Assembly (NCBI GenBank): GCA_001179505.1
Contig: CDMY01000553.1
Coordinates: 275,203-339,202 of the forward strand
DNA length: 64,000 bases
Reading direction: 5' to 3'
Origin: Vitrella brassicaformis CCMP3155
Lineage: Eukaryota > Protista > Chromerida
The position numbers were made by a program, and so were the translations under genes. Of this stretch, positions 50,500 through 63,479 are shown one piece after another (within the stretch, counting starts at the first letter, position 1; each line of letters opens with the position of its first letter). Under the pieces are notes generated by a model, which saw only the letters and a program-made list of their open reading frames with translations, was not told the DNA's origin and did no database searches.

Positions 50500-51858
50500 C
50501 TATGGGCCGAAGAACATGGCTGAGATGACGTCCCCCAGCACCGCACGCGCCAGCCGATAAGTCACTGGGAAGCGGTTCTTGAAGGCATCGCCCACGCCAA
50601 ACACAGCCGACTCGGTCGTGTAGATGAGCACACCCACTGCAAATGGATGACAAGAGAGCACAGCAGATGAGAGTGAGTACTCCATTGTATCTCCCTCGCT
50701 GTGCTGTGCTGTGCTGTGCTGTGCTGTGCTGGGGTGACCTTCATTGTAGGGGAGATCCTCGACGGTGATCCACGCGACGAAGGGATGGCCGGTGCCCGTC
50801 AGGATGAGACGACGCGAAGTGTAGCCGGCAGCGAAGCGGGTTGATGTCGTGATGCATCCCTCCACTAGTGTGTGGGGACTGTGTCACGATGGTCTGGAGC
50901 CGGTTGTTGTCGACGTGCCTGACCAATAAAGGCACACACATTCATCAGTCACTCGTGTGTCCTGACCATTCCCACACAGAGTGATGCCCCGCCTCACCTG
51001 TTGATCATACGGTAAGTGCTGTTGATCTGGTGGGTGCCGCTGAAGTGGTCGAGGACGATCCTCTTGACGAACGACGACACAGATGCGTAGTCTCGAGCGC
51101 CCCAAGTCAGCTGCCAGCCCAGGGCCGGGGCATGTGCGATTCTGCTGCGGACTGGCGGGTCATGTGGCTGTCGGTGCTGCTGGTAGGGGTGGTTGGGAGG
51201 GAGGGGCGGGTTGATGTCGATCTCGAAGCCAGCCTGGTCCTGGATGGCCCGCAGTGTGTTGCCGTACTGGAACAGCTGAAAGGTCACGCCGTTGCCGAAG
51301 TCGATGTGGGGGCCGACCATCTTGAGCTGAGCCAACACACGGGGAGCGGCCAAATACGCCTGCACACACAACACATCAACACACCACACCACACACCCAT
51401 TGAGAGCCATCCTTTCTCCCTCCCTCCCTCGGTTGGCTTACCGTCTTGTTTGGGTATTGGTGCAGATCAGCCGAAGTGAGCCGCACAGGCAGCTGGCAGT
51501 TGCCGCACTGCCCCGCCAGCTCGATCGCCTCGCTCATCTCACTCCAGCCGCCCATCTCCGTCACACACAGCGCCGCCAGCAGGTCACCCACACCCATCTG
51601 CTGCTCGTCGAAGGTCAGCAGCTGCTGTCCGTTGGCCGTCCACCGCAGCCCCGCCTGTGTGCTGAGCTCATCGTCTGTTGTCCATTGGCTGAGCAGATGC
51701 CGCAGCTGATCCGCTCCGAAGAGAGCTCTGGACCATTTGCAGGTCTTCCTCAGACGCAGCACATCCTGCAGCGGAAAATCGCTGCCGCGGTGGGCACACA
51801 CGTACCACACGGAGTGCTGCTGCTGCTGCTGCTGGTGGTGCTGCTCGGCGTGCTGCAT
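50500..51858 (-). CDS. Hypothetical protein of a likely lineage-expanded family with F-box-like N-terminal motif
   Basis: Spliced ORF: DFPLQDVLRLRKTCKW.., AYLAAPRVLAQLKMVGPHIDFG.., VGVLIYTTESAVFGVGDAFKNRFPVTYRLARAVLG. The F-box resemblance is weak. Confidence 0.65.
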
Positions 51859-52252
51859 GGACCACAGCTACAAAACCTCTCACTCACACCGTCATCAAAT
51901 CTGACACGGAGGCCACACACAGAGGGCATGTGTTTTTGGTTGTTGTTGTTTCCTCGCCTGATCTGCCTGCCTGCCGTTCTGACTCCACCCAGGGCTTTGT
52001 CACTGAGTGTTCTATTGCTGGTCGCTGCGGCTCAGCGACCAACCGCCTCCCTCGAGGTTGCGATCGCTGCGAGCTCGTGCTGCAAATTCGAGAGGAGTCT
52101 CGAGGGCAGAAGGTGAGTGCAGAAGGCAGCATACAACAGACCGTTCAGGTGGACCAAGACCTATGCACGGCAACAATGAGTCTCATGATCTGTTTGCGCA
52201 GGCCTTGTGTGTAGCGTGATTCATTCGTCGCTCATTCATCCGATCCGCAAGC

Positions 52253-53900
52253 ATGTCGGGCGTCATCAAAGTGCTCGAGGGTCAGTGTCGATCACCACCC
52301 GAACAGACAGGCACACGCTTGACTGATCTCTTGTCATGATGTATGTCATATGTGTGCCGTGCCGTGTGTGTGCAGGTTTTGAGAAGGTGGTGTTCAACGG
52401 CATCACGGGCTACATGTGCGGGGCTAAGGCGAGCCCTGGCGTCATAGTGCTGCAGGAGTGGTGGGGCGTCACAGATGAGATACAGGTTCGCTTGGCCACG
52501 GGCGGTGTGGCAAATGAGTGAGCGGACAGAGAGGTGGGGTGACTCATTCCGTGCTGTTGGTGTTGGTGTTGGTGTGTTGTTGCAGAGGCAGGCGGAGCAC
52601 ATTGCCAAGCAGGGCTACAGCTGCCTCGTTCCCGACCTGTAAGACAGACTATCAGACAAACGGACAACACATCCATCGGCTCTTCATGGCTCAGCCGCAC
52701 CGCATCTGTGAATGTCTGTCTGTTGGTTGGGTCACGTGATTGTGTCATTCATCCATGTGTGTCAGGTACAAGGGGAAGCTGGGTGTGGATGCCGAGGAGG
52801 CGCAGCACCTCATGAGCAACCTGGACTTCCCCCAGGCCGTGTCGGAGATCAAGGCCTCCGTCGACTATATCAAACAAGAAGGATCAAAAAAGGTTCACAC
52901 CACACCCATCCCATGCGATCCATCCAAACCACACATACGGTGGTGACTGACAGCGGCGTGTCTGTATGTGTGTATCTCTGTCTGTCTGTCTGTGTGTGTG
53001 TGCAGGTCGGTGTGACAGGCTTCTGTATGGGTGGGGCGTTGACGATTGCCACAGCGGTGAAACACTCCAGCGACATCAGCTGCGGTAGGTAGGCACACAA
53101 GCCTCACCCCAGCCACAAGCACCAACCCCATGAGCTCCATCTGTGTGTGTGTTTGTGTGCAGCGGTCCCCTTCTACGGTATCCCTGACGCCAAATTCTTC
53201 GACCCATCGCAGGCACACACCACACACACACACACACAGAGCCACGTGTCCTCGCTCGGTCGGCGTCGAGGATGGATCGAGATCAACGCGTGTTTGGTCC
53301 ACTCGATGTGACAGATCACTTGTCCCGTGCAAGCGCATTTCGGCGAGGATGACAAGCTGGTGGGCTTCTCTGACCCCACGGCGGTCGAGGCCTTCAAGGC
53401 TGCCATGGGCAAGGGTCAGTGCGCCGACTTCCAGCTGCACACGTGAGCTCACACACACAACACATGCTTGCTCCCTCCCATTGAGTGATTGTGTCATGGT
53501 GCGTGGCCTGCTGCCGTCGTCTCGTTCTCTGTTTCTCTGACTGACAGGTACAAGGGCGTCGGCCACGCCTTTATGAACGGTGGGCGCGAGAGACTCAGAC
53601 ATGGTGGTTGACCGAATCGATAGTCCCTGGCGTGGCCGGCGTGTATGTGAGTGTGTGTGTGTGCGTGTGTATGTGTTGAAGGTATGGTGCCGGAATGGCA
53701 GGAGAAGAAGACGAAGCTCGGCTTCGGAGGTCAGTCAGCCGATCACACCTGCACATCAATCAATCAGCCGATTGACCGACCCGAGGCCTTTGTTGCTGTT
53801 TGTCTTGCTCTCCTTGTCGACCTTCTCAGAGCATCGGCAGGAGGTGGTCGACCTGGCCTTCACGCGCACATTCGAGTGGTTCCAGAAATATCTCAAGTGA
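52253..53900 (+). CDS. Dienelactone hydrolase family (carboxymethylenebutenolidase-like)
   Basis: PGVIVLQEWWGV, LVPDL|Y, VGVTGFCMGG (nucleophile Cys), FYG, HFGEDD (Asp), YKGVGHAFMN (His) and FEWFQKYL. Confidence 0.92.
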
Positions 53901-54806
53901 ACCAACGAACGTCGTAGCTAATGAGCAATCGCATTCGCAGTCGCCCTCTGCTTGCTTAGCTGATGTGATGTGTGCGTGTGTTGGGTGGTGCGACATGGAC
54001 TGAGGGTAGGTACAGGCGACTGACTTTCTGTGTGTGAGCGCTTGTTTCTGCGCGAGCCCTCTTTATGTGAGGCTGTTGGTTCGTTCGTCTTGGCGATGGG
54101 GATAAGTGCATTCAGAATGTCGCGAAGAAGGCAAGCAGAGTCTAGACAGGTAGGTCTATACGCGCAGACATCATACAATCCATCAACCACGTAGTATGTA
54201 TGCCATCCACAAAACACCCGCACGCCACACGCAGGCAGGCGCCGGGTCGGAGAGTGCTTACACCGCACACACACACGCACACACACACACACCACTCACG
54301 CGCACACGCACACACGCAGAGGTCTGCAAAACGCCCCGGCCCCCTGCAGCAGCCAAGTCGACTACAAAGGATCGATCACTCGTGTGAATTATGAACAACA
54401 AAAGGAATCAGCAGCAGCAGCAGCAGCATCCACACACATCAAGGACGTATCGCATCAGGGAGGCACGCAGCACACGCAGACGACATCAGCCAGGCAGGAC
54501 CGCGACCACATCTGTCTGTACACTCGCTCGCTCAGCCAAGCCACAAATCAATCCGTCTATACCAACCCCATGTCGTGCTGCGATCCATGTCAGTCAGTGT
54601 CATACTCACATAAAAGGGTCTGACTCCCAACCAACCAACCAACCAACCACCGTGTGAATGACCCTGACAAAACCGCCCCTTTTCCCTCCCTCCCTCTCTC
54701 TCTCTCTCTCTCTCTCCCTCCCCCTCCCTGTCTGTCTGTCCTTCGACAGCACATCCAATCCATCAGCCCAGTATTTCCCCCACCCCCCACGCCCACGCCA
54801 CGTGTG

Positions 54807-55894
54807 TCATGCTATAAGGCACGGCACTGCGATTGTGAGAACAGAGAGCCATAAAAGCCACAAGGACGGCCGCCTGAAGGCGGGCATCGTGCTGCTGATC
54901 AGCGACCTGACCACAGACAAAGTGAGTGACACAAACACACAGCACAGCAACACATAACATCAGAAAATGAGTGTGTGCGTCAGGCACCTGGCCTCACTCC
55001 CTCACTCACTGACCTGTGCAGGTATGTGAAGCAGTACTCCAGCTCACGGCAGTCCTCAAAATTCCCCGCGTCGTCGTCACGCAGGCCTTCGAAGCCGAAC
55101 ATACTCACACCCCTCAGCTCACACGAATACACACCACCACCAACACCACCACTGTCACTGTCACTGCTGCTGCTACTGCTGCTGCTGCTGCTGCTGTTGG
55201 TCGATAAATCATCGTCCATCGACCTAGGCTCCGCCCCCTCCCTGCCGAACGTCACACCGAGGCACCTCTGTGTGGTGACGGCCGTGCTGGTCGGGTGGAC
55301 GCACCTGTCCAGGCAGTGTGTGTCGACCATGGCCAGAGCCTCAGGGAGGGAGGGGCTCAGCCGCACAGTGTCAATGTGGGTGCCGTCGGTCCATCTGGTA
55401 AGGTAGATGGCCTCCATCTCCCGCCGGCTGGGCATCGTCACGCTGGTGCTGTCACTCAAGGCCAGCACGTCCCTCCCCCTACCGTCCCGGTTGACATAGA
55501 GAGTGGCCTTCTCAGACACCGACAGGGAGAGCCGCCGCTCGTGTGAGCCCATGGCGTCCATCTCCAGTGTGACCATCTCGCCCGGCCGGCCATCTCTATC
55601 GCCACCTGTGGGTGGTGTTGGCGGGGTCTCAGCCCCGCCTGTAAGGGGCTGCTCTCGCGAGAAGTTGATCTTGATAAGGGTCCAGGAGGCCAGAAAGAGG
55701 CAGCTGAAGCTGAAGAAGCCCTTATACACCATCGGCAGCCATCCCAAGAGGGATTCCGGAAGAGAAAAACGGCGCGAGCCTGAGCTCGCTGTTGTGACCG
55801 AAGGGAAAGCGGTCTTTTCTGAAGCGTTTGTAGTGTAAGCTGGTCCACCCATGCAGTAGTCGCCTCGCCTCTGCTCAGATCTGCCAGTCTCCAT
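54807..55894 (-). CDS. Hypothetical membrane protein with one internal TM and a hydrophobic C-terminal tail
   Basis: Long exon 55894-55017 includes WLPMVYKGFFSFSCLFLASWTLIKI and a poly-Ser tract. It splices to RSLISSTMPAFRRPSLWLLWLSVLTIAVPCLIA* (TGA 54807-54809). Confidence 0.6.
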
Positions 55895-55923
55895 CACATC
55901 GACACCGAACCAGAGAGATCACG

Positions 55924-58065
55924 ATGGACGGTGAGCACAGAACCAGCAGAACTGATTAACGGTGCTTATCTTCCATCTGTGTGTGTCTGCAGGCCTCCCG
56001 GCCTGGGCTGATGTGATAATAGTGGGTGCGGGGCCCACTGGCCTGGTTCTTGCTTGTGAGCTGCAGCGAAGGAAGTAGGCAAGATGCCTGGCGCTGCGCT
56101 GCACATGGAGGATGATCATCAAACATCGTCAATGCCTTTGCTGCTTGCTGCAGTGTGGACTACTTGTTGCTGGATCGGGAGGAGTACTGCGTGACCTCTT
56201 CACGAGCACTCGGCGTGCAGGCTCGCTCCATAGAGATCTTTGAAGGTTAGCTAGTGCCACAGACCAGCAAGCAATACTTACACTGCAAGTGCAGTGCAGG
56301 CAGCCGCTGTGCTGTGTGAGCATATATGTTCAGATCTGGGTGTCGTCGAGGAGGCCCTTGCCAACGGCGTGCAGATGCATGGGGAGAGGCTCTTCGTCGA
56401 CGGAGCCGTCGCAGGCAAGAGCTACCTACCACACAGACAGGCACAGGCACAAGCCAACCCAAGCCAACACACTGATTGCTATGGATCCGGACTGTCGCAC
56501 TTGTCAAAAACGCTCAGTCGATTGGGACTTTGACAAGTGCGACAGCCCCTATGCCTACCCCCTCATTCTCGAGCAGTCCGAGACCGAAAGGATCCTCTTC
56601 ACGCGGCTGCTGGAACTCGGCGGGAAGGACTGCATCAAGCGCCCCGTGGAGGTCAAGAAGATACACATCGGGCGGCTGCCTGATGAGGTAGGTGGGCAAA
56701 ATGGAGGGAGGGAGGGAGGGAGGTCTCGGTCTGCCCGTCCATCCATCCAGCTGTCCGTCCGTGGTGGCTGTGTGTGCTGCGTTTGCTGCAGGGTGTGTCA
56801 GTGATGGTTGAGGCCCTCCCCGGCACCAAAGAGGTCGATGACGACCAGGTGGAGACGCACGTCCCGCCTGAAGAGTTCGTCCCACCCTCAAAGACCATCA
56901 GAGGTGCGTCCGATTAGTGTGCCCATTACCTCATCGGAAGACAGCCCAACACACACGTGGATAAACAGAAAGATGTTGTGCTCTCTCTCTCTCTCTGTCT
57001 CTGTCTCTCTCTCTGTCTCTCCACTCAGGCCGATACATCGTGGGTTGTGACGGTGCGCGTTCGATAGTGCGCAAGGCGTGCGGGATTCCCTTCCCCGGCT
57101 CCACCTTGCCCAACGAGTTCATCGTGGCGGACGTTCGCATCAAGTGGGGCGTCCCAAACGAAGTCAACAAGTTCAACCTCATGAGCGCTAACGGACGCAT
57201 GTATGTGCCCCCCCCCACAGAGCCTTACAGACCCTCTCTTGTCCTTGTGCGTGTGGAATGCAATGCGCCTGTCCTTGTGTGTGCCTGCTTCCAGGATATG
57301 CTGCCTGCCACTCACCAAGAACCGGTATGTGTGTGTGTGTGGACGAATGGATGGAGAGATGGGTGTGCCGTGTGTGGTTGTGTGTGTGCAGTTGGCGTCT
57401 GATCACAATCCGCCGCACGGGCGTGAGCGACGGCGAGATCGTGCTCGACCCCAGCTACTACACCAAGGCACCCACACGCGAGGAGCTGCAGACACTCGTG
57501 CAGAAGGTTTGTCAGGCAGGGAGGGAGGGAGGGAGGGAAGAATGGACACACAGAAAGGGTTCATTCAACACACCCATGCTCTGCTCATGTGTTGTGTTGT
57601 GTGTGTCAGGTTGTGCCTGGGAGCCTGATTGATGAGGTGCTGTGGGGCAGCTGCTACTCGATCAACAGTCGATGCGCCGCGGCCTTCAAGCACCATAACG
57701 CATTCATCGCTGGCGACGCTGCACACATCCACCCTCCGTAAGACACATATAGCAGACGCAACACACACACACACACACACACAAGTCCTGTGCTGTCTGT
57801 CTGTCCATTGGCGCAGGCTGGGGCATCAGGGCATGAACGTGGGCATCCAAGACGCACACAATCTCGGTCGGCACGGCACGCATCAAATGGACCGACCCAT
57901 CCATTTGTGCCCCATGTGAGTGTGTGTGTGTGTGCGTATGTGTGTGTGTGTGTGCACTGCATGCGCTGCAGGTTGGAAGCTTGCTCTCGTGGTCAATGGG
58001 GGCGCCATGAGCTCACTACTCGACACATACGACCAGGAAAGAAGACCTGTCGGAGGTATGGATCA

Positions 58066-58102
<37 letters not shown>

Positions 58103-58123
58103 GTGTCCTACATGCGCTTTGAG

Positions 58124-58154
<31 letters not shown>

Positions 58155-59466
58155 CAGAGTCGATAGTGTACTACACGTCTGTCGGGTACAAGGAGCTGAT
58201 CGAGGCCAAGGGGTGGGTCAAGTGGTCCATGAAGAACGTCCTGCCCATGGTCTTCTCAATCAACGCCGTCAACCGAGCACTCTCACACTCCATGAGCATG
58301 ACCAGCATCAGATACCCACCCTCCGTCAGACAAACAACACCACACACGCACACTCCAGTCGGCTGTGTCTATCTCTCTCCCTCCGTGTCTTTCTCTCTCT
58401 GTCTGCAGCTCGACGAGACCCTCGTTGGTCGCTCGCACATCCCCGGGGCCATTCAGCCCGGCCAGAGGGCACCTGATGCCTACCTGGGGATGGTACACAC
58501 AACACACAACACCTCCCTGTGTATGTCTTGCTGCATGCCCTGTGTGTGTGTCTGTGTCAGATCAACGAGAAGCGCGGCACCGAGTTCGTCCGTCTGCACC
58601 AGCTGCTGGCCACGCCACACAGCTCTCTACTGCTGCTGGTCCGAGTGCCCATGACGGGCGAGTCGGAGCAGAAGGGCTTCATCGGCTGGCTCGGCGAGAT
58701 GCTCGGCGCACACCAGGCTAGGAAGGACCCAGGAGGTAGGCATGGCATACGTTGACACACACACACATGACGCCAACACACAGAGACACACACAGAGAGA
58801 GATCTTTTCCCCATGTCTGTCTGTCTGTCTGTGTCTGTCTGTCAGTTGCCCGAGCGTTGGAGAGTGCCGTGCATCTGTCTGCCGACGTGTCTCGGCGCAC
58901 CGGGGTGCCCTCTCGTTCGCCCCACACCGGCACCCGGCTGCTGCTGATTTTTACGGCAGGCAAAGCCAGCATCGTCCCGAGCGTCACGCGACGCAAGGAC
59001 GGCATGGAGGGCGGCTCCCTGCTGCACATGCTGCAGAACGTGCACCAACACTTTGCAAGAAGGTTCGGTGGGATGGGGGCTGAGGGAGGGCATACACAAG
59101 GCTCCGTGTTTGTGTATGGGTGGGTGCCTGTGTGTCTGTCGGGTCAGCATTGGTTTGTCTCGCGAGGACCTGCTGATCGCCTGGGATGTGGACGGCGAAG
59201 TGGTCAAGAACTACAAGCTGGCGACGCAGCTGGACCCGTTCGACCATTCTGGGGCATTCGTCTCTATTCGACCTGATGGATACGTCAGCCACCACGGTGA
59301 GTGAGTGGGTGAGGGCGTATGTGTGTGTGAATGGCTTCATAGCTACTGTGATGGGGGAGTGGATGCGTTGTGGCTTGTGTGTGTGTGTGTGTGTGTGAGC
59401 GTAGGTCTGATGGACGACCACGAGGCCACCGACAGCTACATCGCTGCCCTGGATAAGCTCTTCTAG
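55924..59466 (+). CDS. FAD-dependent monooxygenase (FAD_binding_3; phenol/aromatic hydroxylase-like)
   Basis: [66 protein letters not shown]|[21 protein letters not shown] and IRPDGYV. About 15 exons. Confidence 0.92.
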
Positions 59467-60025
59467 TGGTTTTGGCCTTGAAGCTCTAGTGCCAGTCTAG
59501 TCTAGTCTAGTTTCCTGCCTCAGTCTGTGTGTCCTCTGTGTGTGTGTGTGTGTGTGTTTGTGTGGATCTGTGTCGATCTATGTGCAAACGCGACAACCGC
59601 GGCGCGGCGCGGAGCTCATCCCCCCTGCCGCTGGCTTGTGGGTGGTATGTGGGTGCACACAGACCAGACCGGCCCCCACACACACAGCAATGCAATGGGT
59701 CACTCACCGTATGAGTGCGTGGGCGNNNNNNNNNNNNNNNNNNNNNNNNNNNNNNNNNNNNNNNNNNNNNNNNNNNNNNNNNNNNNNNNNNNNNNNNNNN
59801 NNNNNNNNNNNNNNNNNNNNNNNNNNNNNNNNNNNNNNNNNNNNNNNNNNNNNNNNNNNNNNNNNNNNNNNNNNNNNNNNNNNNNNNNNNNNNNNNNNNN
59901 NNNNNNNNNNNNNNNNNNNNNNNNNNNNNNNNNNNNNNNNNNNNNNNNNNNNNNNNNNNNNNNNNNNNNNNNNNNNNNNNNNNNNNNNNNNNNNNNNNNN
60001 NNNNNNNNNNNNNNNNNNNNNNNNN

Positions 60026-60902
60026 GCTGGGATCAGGCTTGCAGATCCCCGCCAGACGGCCAGGAGCGCCCTTTTGGTTGTGCCCTGATGATGGCACCGC
60101 CTTTAGTGCAGATGACAGCCCAGTCATTTCCATCACGTCCATCCCCTCACACACCCAGCTGCCACTCTCCCTCTATATCGACAACATATCTACCTACCAG
60201 CCCATCTGGTCAAATGGGGAGCTTGAACCCAACCCACACACCGAAGCTGTCCCCTCCCCTCGGCCATCTGCATCTCTCGGCACCTGTCCACAGTGCCCTG
60301 GTGGCCGCTCTCGGACAGACCTTGCCCTTTCACATGTCGCCCGCTGTGTCGCCTCACACGCACCCCGACCGCCGCTCTGCGACGACACCTTAGTCAAGCT
60401 GCGCAAGTTCCAGCACTCGCGAGTCGATGGCGATGCTGAGGGCCCCCCAGACTATGTCGCTGGGGATGAATGGCACGCCATTGGAAGCCCTTGAAGAGGT
60501 CCGTGTTGGTGTGGACACACCCCGGCTGCTCGAGGTTGAGCCGTCTGGCCTTTGGAGGCGGCAGGATGGCGTTCACGGGGATGGCCGAGGAGGGAGTGGC
60601 GGGAGGCGTCGTAGTGAGTGTGGAAGTCTTGCACGCTGCCGGCACTTCACACACCTCGTCAGACCTGAAAAACAGAAACAGACACACACACAGAAACAGA
60701 GAGAGAAGACAGTGCGTCTGTTCTGTGCCCGGTGCTCAGAACGTCTGTCTGTCTGTCTGTCTGTGTGGGTCAGTTGGTGATGCATGAGATGGAACAGCAC
60801 GCCCTCTCAGAGAGGCTCAGCCGACACAATGGTGGTTGTACTAGTGTTGTCATCATCGCGTCCACACCACACACGCCGCTGTCTGATGACGTCCCTTACC
60901 CA
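60026..60902 (-). repeat. Dispersed repeat unit, copy 2 (gap-flanked)
   Basis: Near-identical to 36773-37072, and alignable with some divergence to 61645-62545. Confidence 0.9.
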
Positions 60903-61202
60903 NNNNNNNNNNNNNNNNNNNNNNNNNNNNNNNNNNNNNNNNNNNNNNNNNNNNNNNNNNNNNNNNNNNNNNNNNNNNNNNNNNNNNNNNNNNNNNNNNN
61001 NNNNNNNNNNNNNNNNNNNNNNNNNNNNNNNNNNNNNNNNNNNNNNNNNNNNNNNNNNNNNNNNNNNNNNNNNNNNNNNNNNNNNNNNNNNNNNNNNNNN
61101 NNNNNNNNNNNNNNNNNNNNNNNNNNNNNNNNNNNNNNNNNNNNNNNNNNNNNNNNNNNNNNNNNNNNNNNNNNNNNNNNNNNNNNNNNNNNNNNNNNNN
61201 NN

Positions 61203-62545
61203 CCACAAAGCTGACTATTGCACCTGCACCACAGACACAGAGATGACACAGCCAAAGCTTTGGGGCCCATTGAAATGCGCATCTATCTGATCTCACAGAT
61301 GGCCATGCATGCGTCAGAACAGCCCAACAGAGCCTCACGACACGTCACACCATTGCAGTGCACCGCTGAATGCAAGCCGGTATGTGGTCTCACCATAGAT
61401 GAAGGTCTCGAGCTCCTCCATCTTGCTATGGGTGGCAGGTTCCGGCTGCCTTGCCCCTGGGAGGGCTGAAAACGACGCCGTGATGACGCCGCGAGCGCCT
61501 TGGTGCGGACAGAGAGCGAGACAACGCATGAGAAGGCTTTCGGTACTGGTTCGCACTGCTGATGGAACCAGATAGACACTTATGGGACACAGAAGCTCTC
61601 CAGCAGCCTGGAAGAGCAGTTGCATGTATTTTGATATCGGTGGCGGCTGGGATCAGGCTTGCAGATCCCCGCCAAATGGCCGGGAGCGCCTTTTGGTTGT
61701 GCCCTGATGATGGCACCGCCTTTAGTGCAGATGACAGCCCACTCATTTCCATCGCGTCCATCCCCTCACATGCAGCTGACACTCTCCGTCTATATCGACA
61801 ACATATCGACCAGCTACGGTATGGCTTCCCATCTGGTCAAATGGGGAGCTGAATCCAACCCGGCCCACCCCTCCCCTCCCCTCCCCTCCCCTGCCATATT
61901 GCATCTGTCGGCACCTGTCCACAATGCCCTTGTGGCCGCTCTCGGACAGGCCTTGCCCTCTCACACATCGCCCGCTGTGTCGCCTCACACGCACCCCGAC
62001 CACCACTACGCGACCACACCTTAGTCAAGCCGCCCACGTTCCAGCACTCGCGAGTCGATGGCGATGCTGTATGTCGCTGGGGATGAATGGCACGCCATTG
62101 AAAGCCCGTCTGAAGAGGTCCGTGTTGGTGTGGACGCACCCCCGCTGCTCGAGGCTGAGCCGTCTGGCCTTTGGAGCTGCTGGTGGCGTTGAGGGGGAGG
62201 GCCGAGAGGGGGAAGGTGACGGGAGGCGGCATAGTGAGTGTTGTGGAAGTCTTGCACGCTGCCGGCCCTTCACACACCTCGTCAGACCTGACAAACAGAA
62301 ACAGAAAGACACACACAGAAACAGAGAAAGAGTACAGTGCATCTGTTGTGTGTGCCTAGTGCTCAGAACGTCCGGCTGTCTGTCGGTCGGTCGGTCGGTC
62401 GGTCTGTGTGTGTGGGTCAGTTGGTGATGCATGAGATGGATCAGCACGCCCCCTCGGAGAGGCTCAGCCGACACAATGGTGGTTGTGCTAGTGTTGTCAT
62501 CATCGCGTCCACACCACAAACGCTGCTGTCTGACATCCCTCACCC
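61203..62545 (-). repeat. Dispersed repeat unit, copy 3, including first exon SKMEELETFIY and intron of a Ulp1-like-gene paralog
   Basis: Alignable to 36320-37072 and 60026-60902. Tandem with copy 2. Confidence 0.9.
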
Positions 62546-62599
62546 ACACACATCCAACCATCTCCCTCTTACCTCCTCTGAGCATCTTAGGGACGACTC

Positions 62600-63470
62600 A
62601 AGAAGACCCACCCCTCTGCAGATCTGAAGCCAAGCCACACACATACACAACACACACAGCCCAGCAGTTTTGAGAATCCCGTCAGCTTTGTGGCGTCAAC
62701 GGGCATACGCACACACCTATGGAGGCGGACGACCGAGTCGGCGCTTGTTCGACCGTTCGTCGGTCTGCGGCAATGGACAAAGTGACTTCATGAGAGAGTC
62801 AGACTTGTGTGTGGCAGGCGTCTATGCCTGCTGCCGTGGTGCTTACCAGCTTCCAGGCTGGCAGGGCGGGCAGCATCGACATCAGTAACCTCCCGACTTC
62901 GCTTCTGTGCGATGGTAGTAAGAGCTGGCCCTGGTTCTGCTGCCTGGTCCTGATGCTGTTGTTGCTGCTGCTGCTCTTCACTGCTGCCGCTCTCGGATGC
63001 TTCCGTGGATGTGTCGACGGCAGGTTGCACTGCTGCTGGTGGTAGTGGCGGCTCCTCCTCCGAAGGTGGTGGGTCTTCATTCGTGTCCTCCGTGTTCGTC
63101 TCCTCCTGGCGGCTGCACAGAGGCGGCAACACACAGCAACGCACATGAGGGATTGTGCAGCCAAGCGCCGCATTCTCGCTGACCTCTCGTCGTCGTCCGT
63201 CCTCAGGAAGGCCTCCAACCGCCCGATGAGCTGCGTCACGCAACAACAAGCCGCCGAATTTTGGCACTATTTGTCGGGTTGGTTACCTTTCTGTTGTCAT
63301 TCAGCAGCTGCTCGAGCTTGTCGACGTCTTTGGATCTGCGGAAAGAGAGGGGGGCGGTTTGCGTCGGGTCGTCTGGCGAGATGAATGAGTGATCTTTCTT
63401 ACTTGACGCATTCTGATATTGCCGCGAGCAGCGCCCACCCCTTGCGCCTGTCCTCAGGCGCCTCCGCCAT
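62600..63470 (-). CDS. Hypothetical acidic/proline-rich protein starting 9 bp downstream of the copia 3' LTR
   Basis: In-frame splicing MAEAPEDRRKGWALLAAISECV|KSKDVDKLEQLLNDNRKVTNPTNSAKIRRLVV|ARQEETNTEDTNEDPPPSEEE..SLEA|DRRTVEQAPTRSSASI. The 3' end is uncertain. Confidence 0.5.
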
Positions 63471-63479
63471 CCCCTCTCC

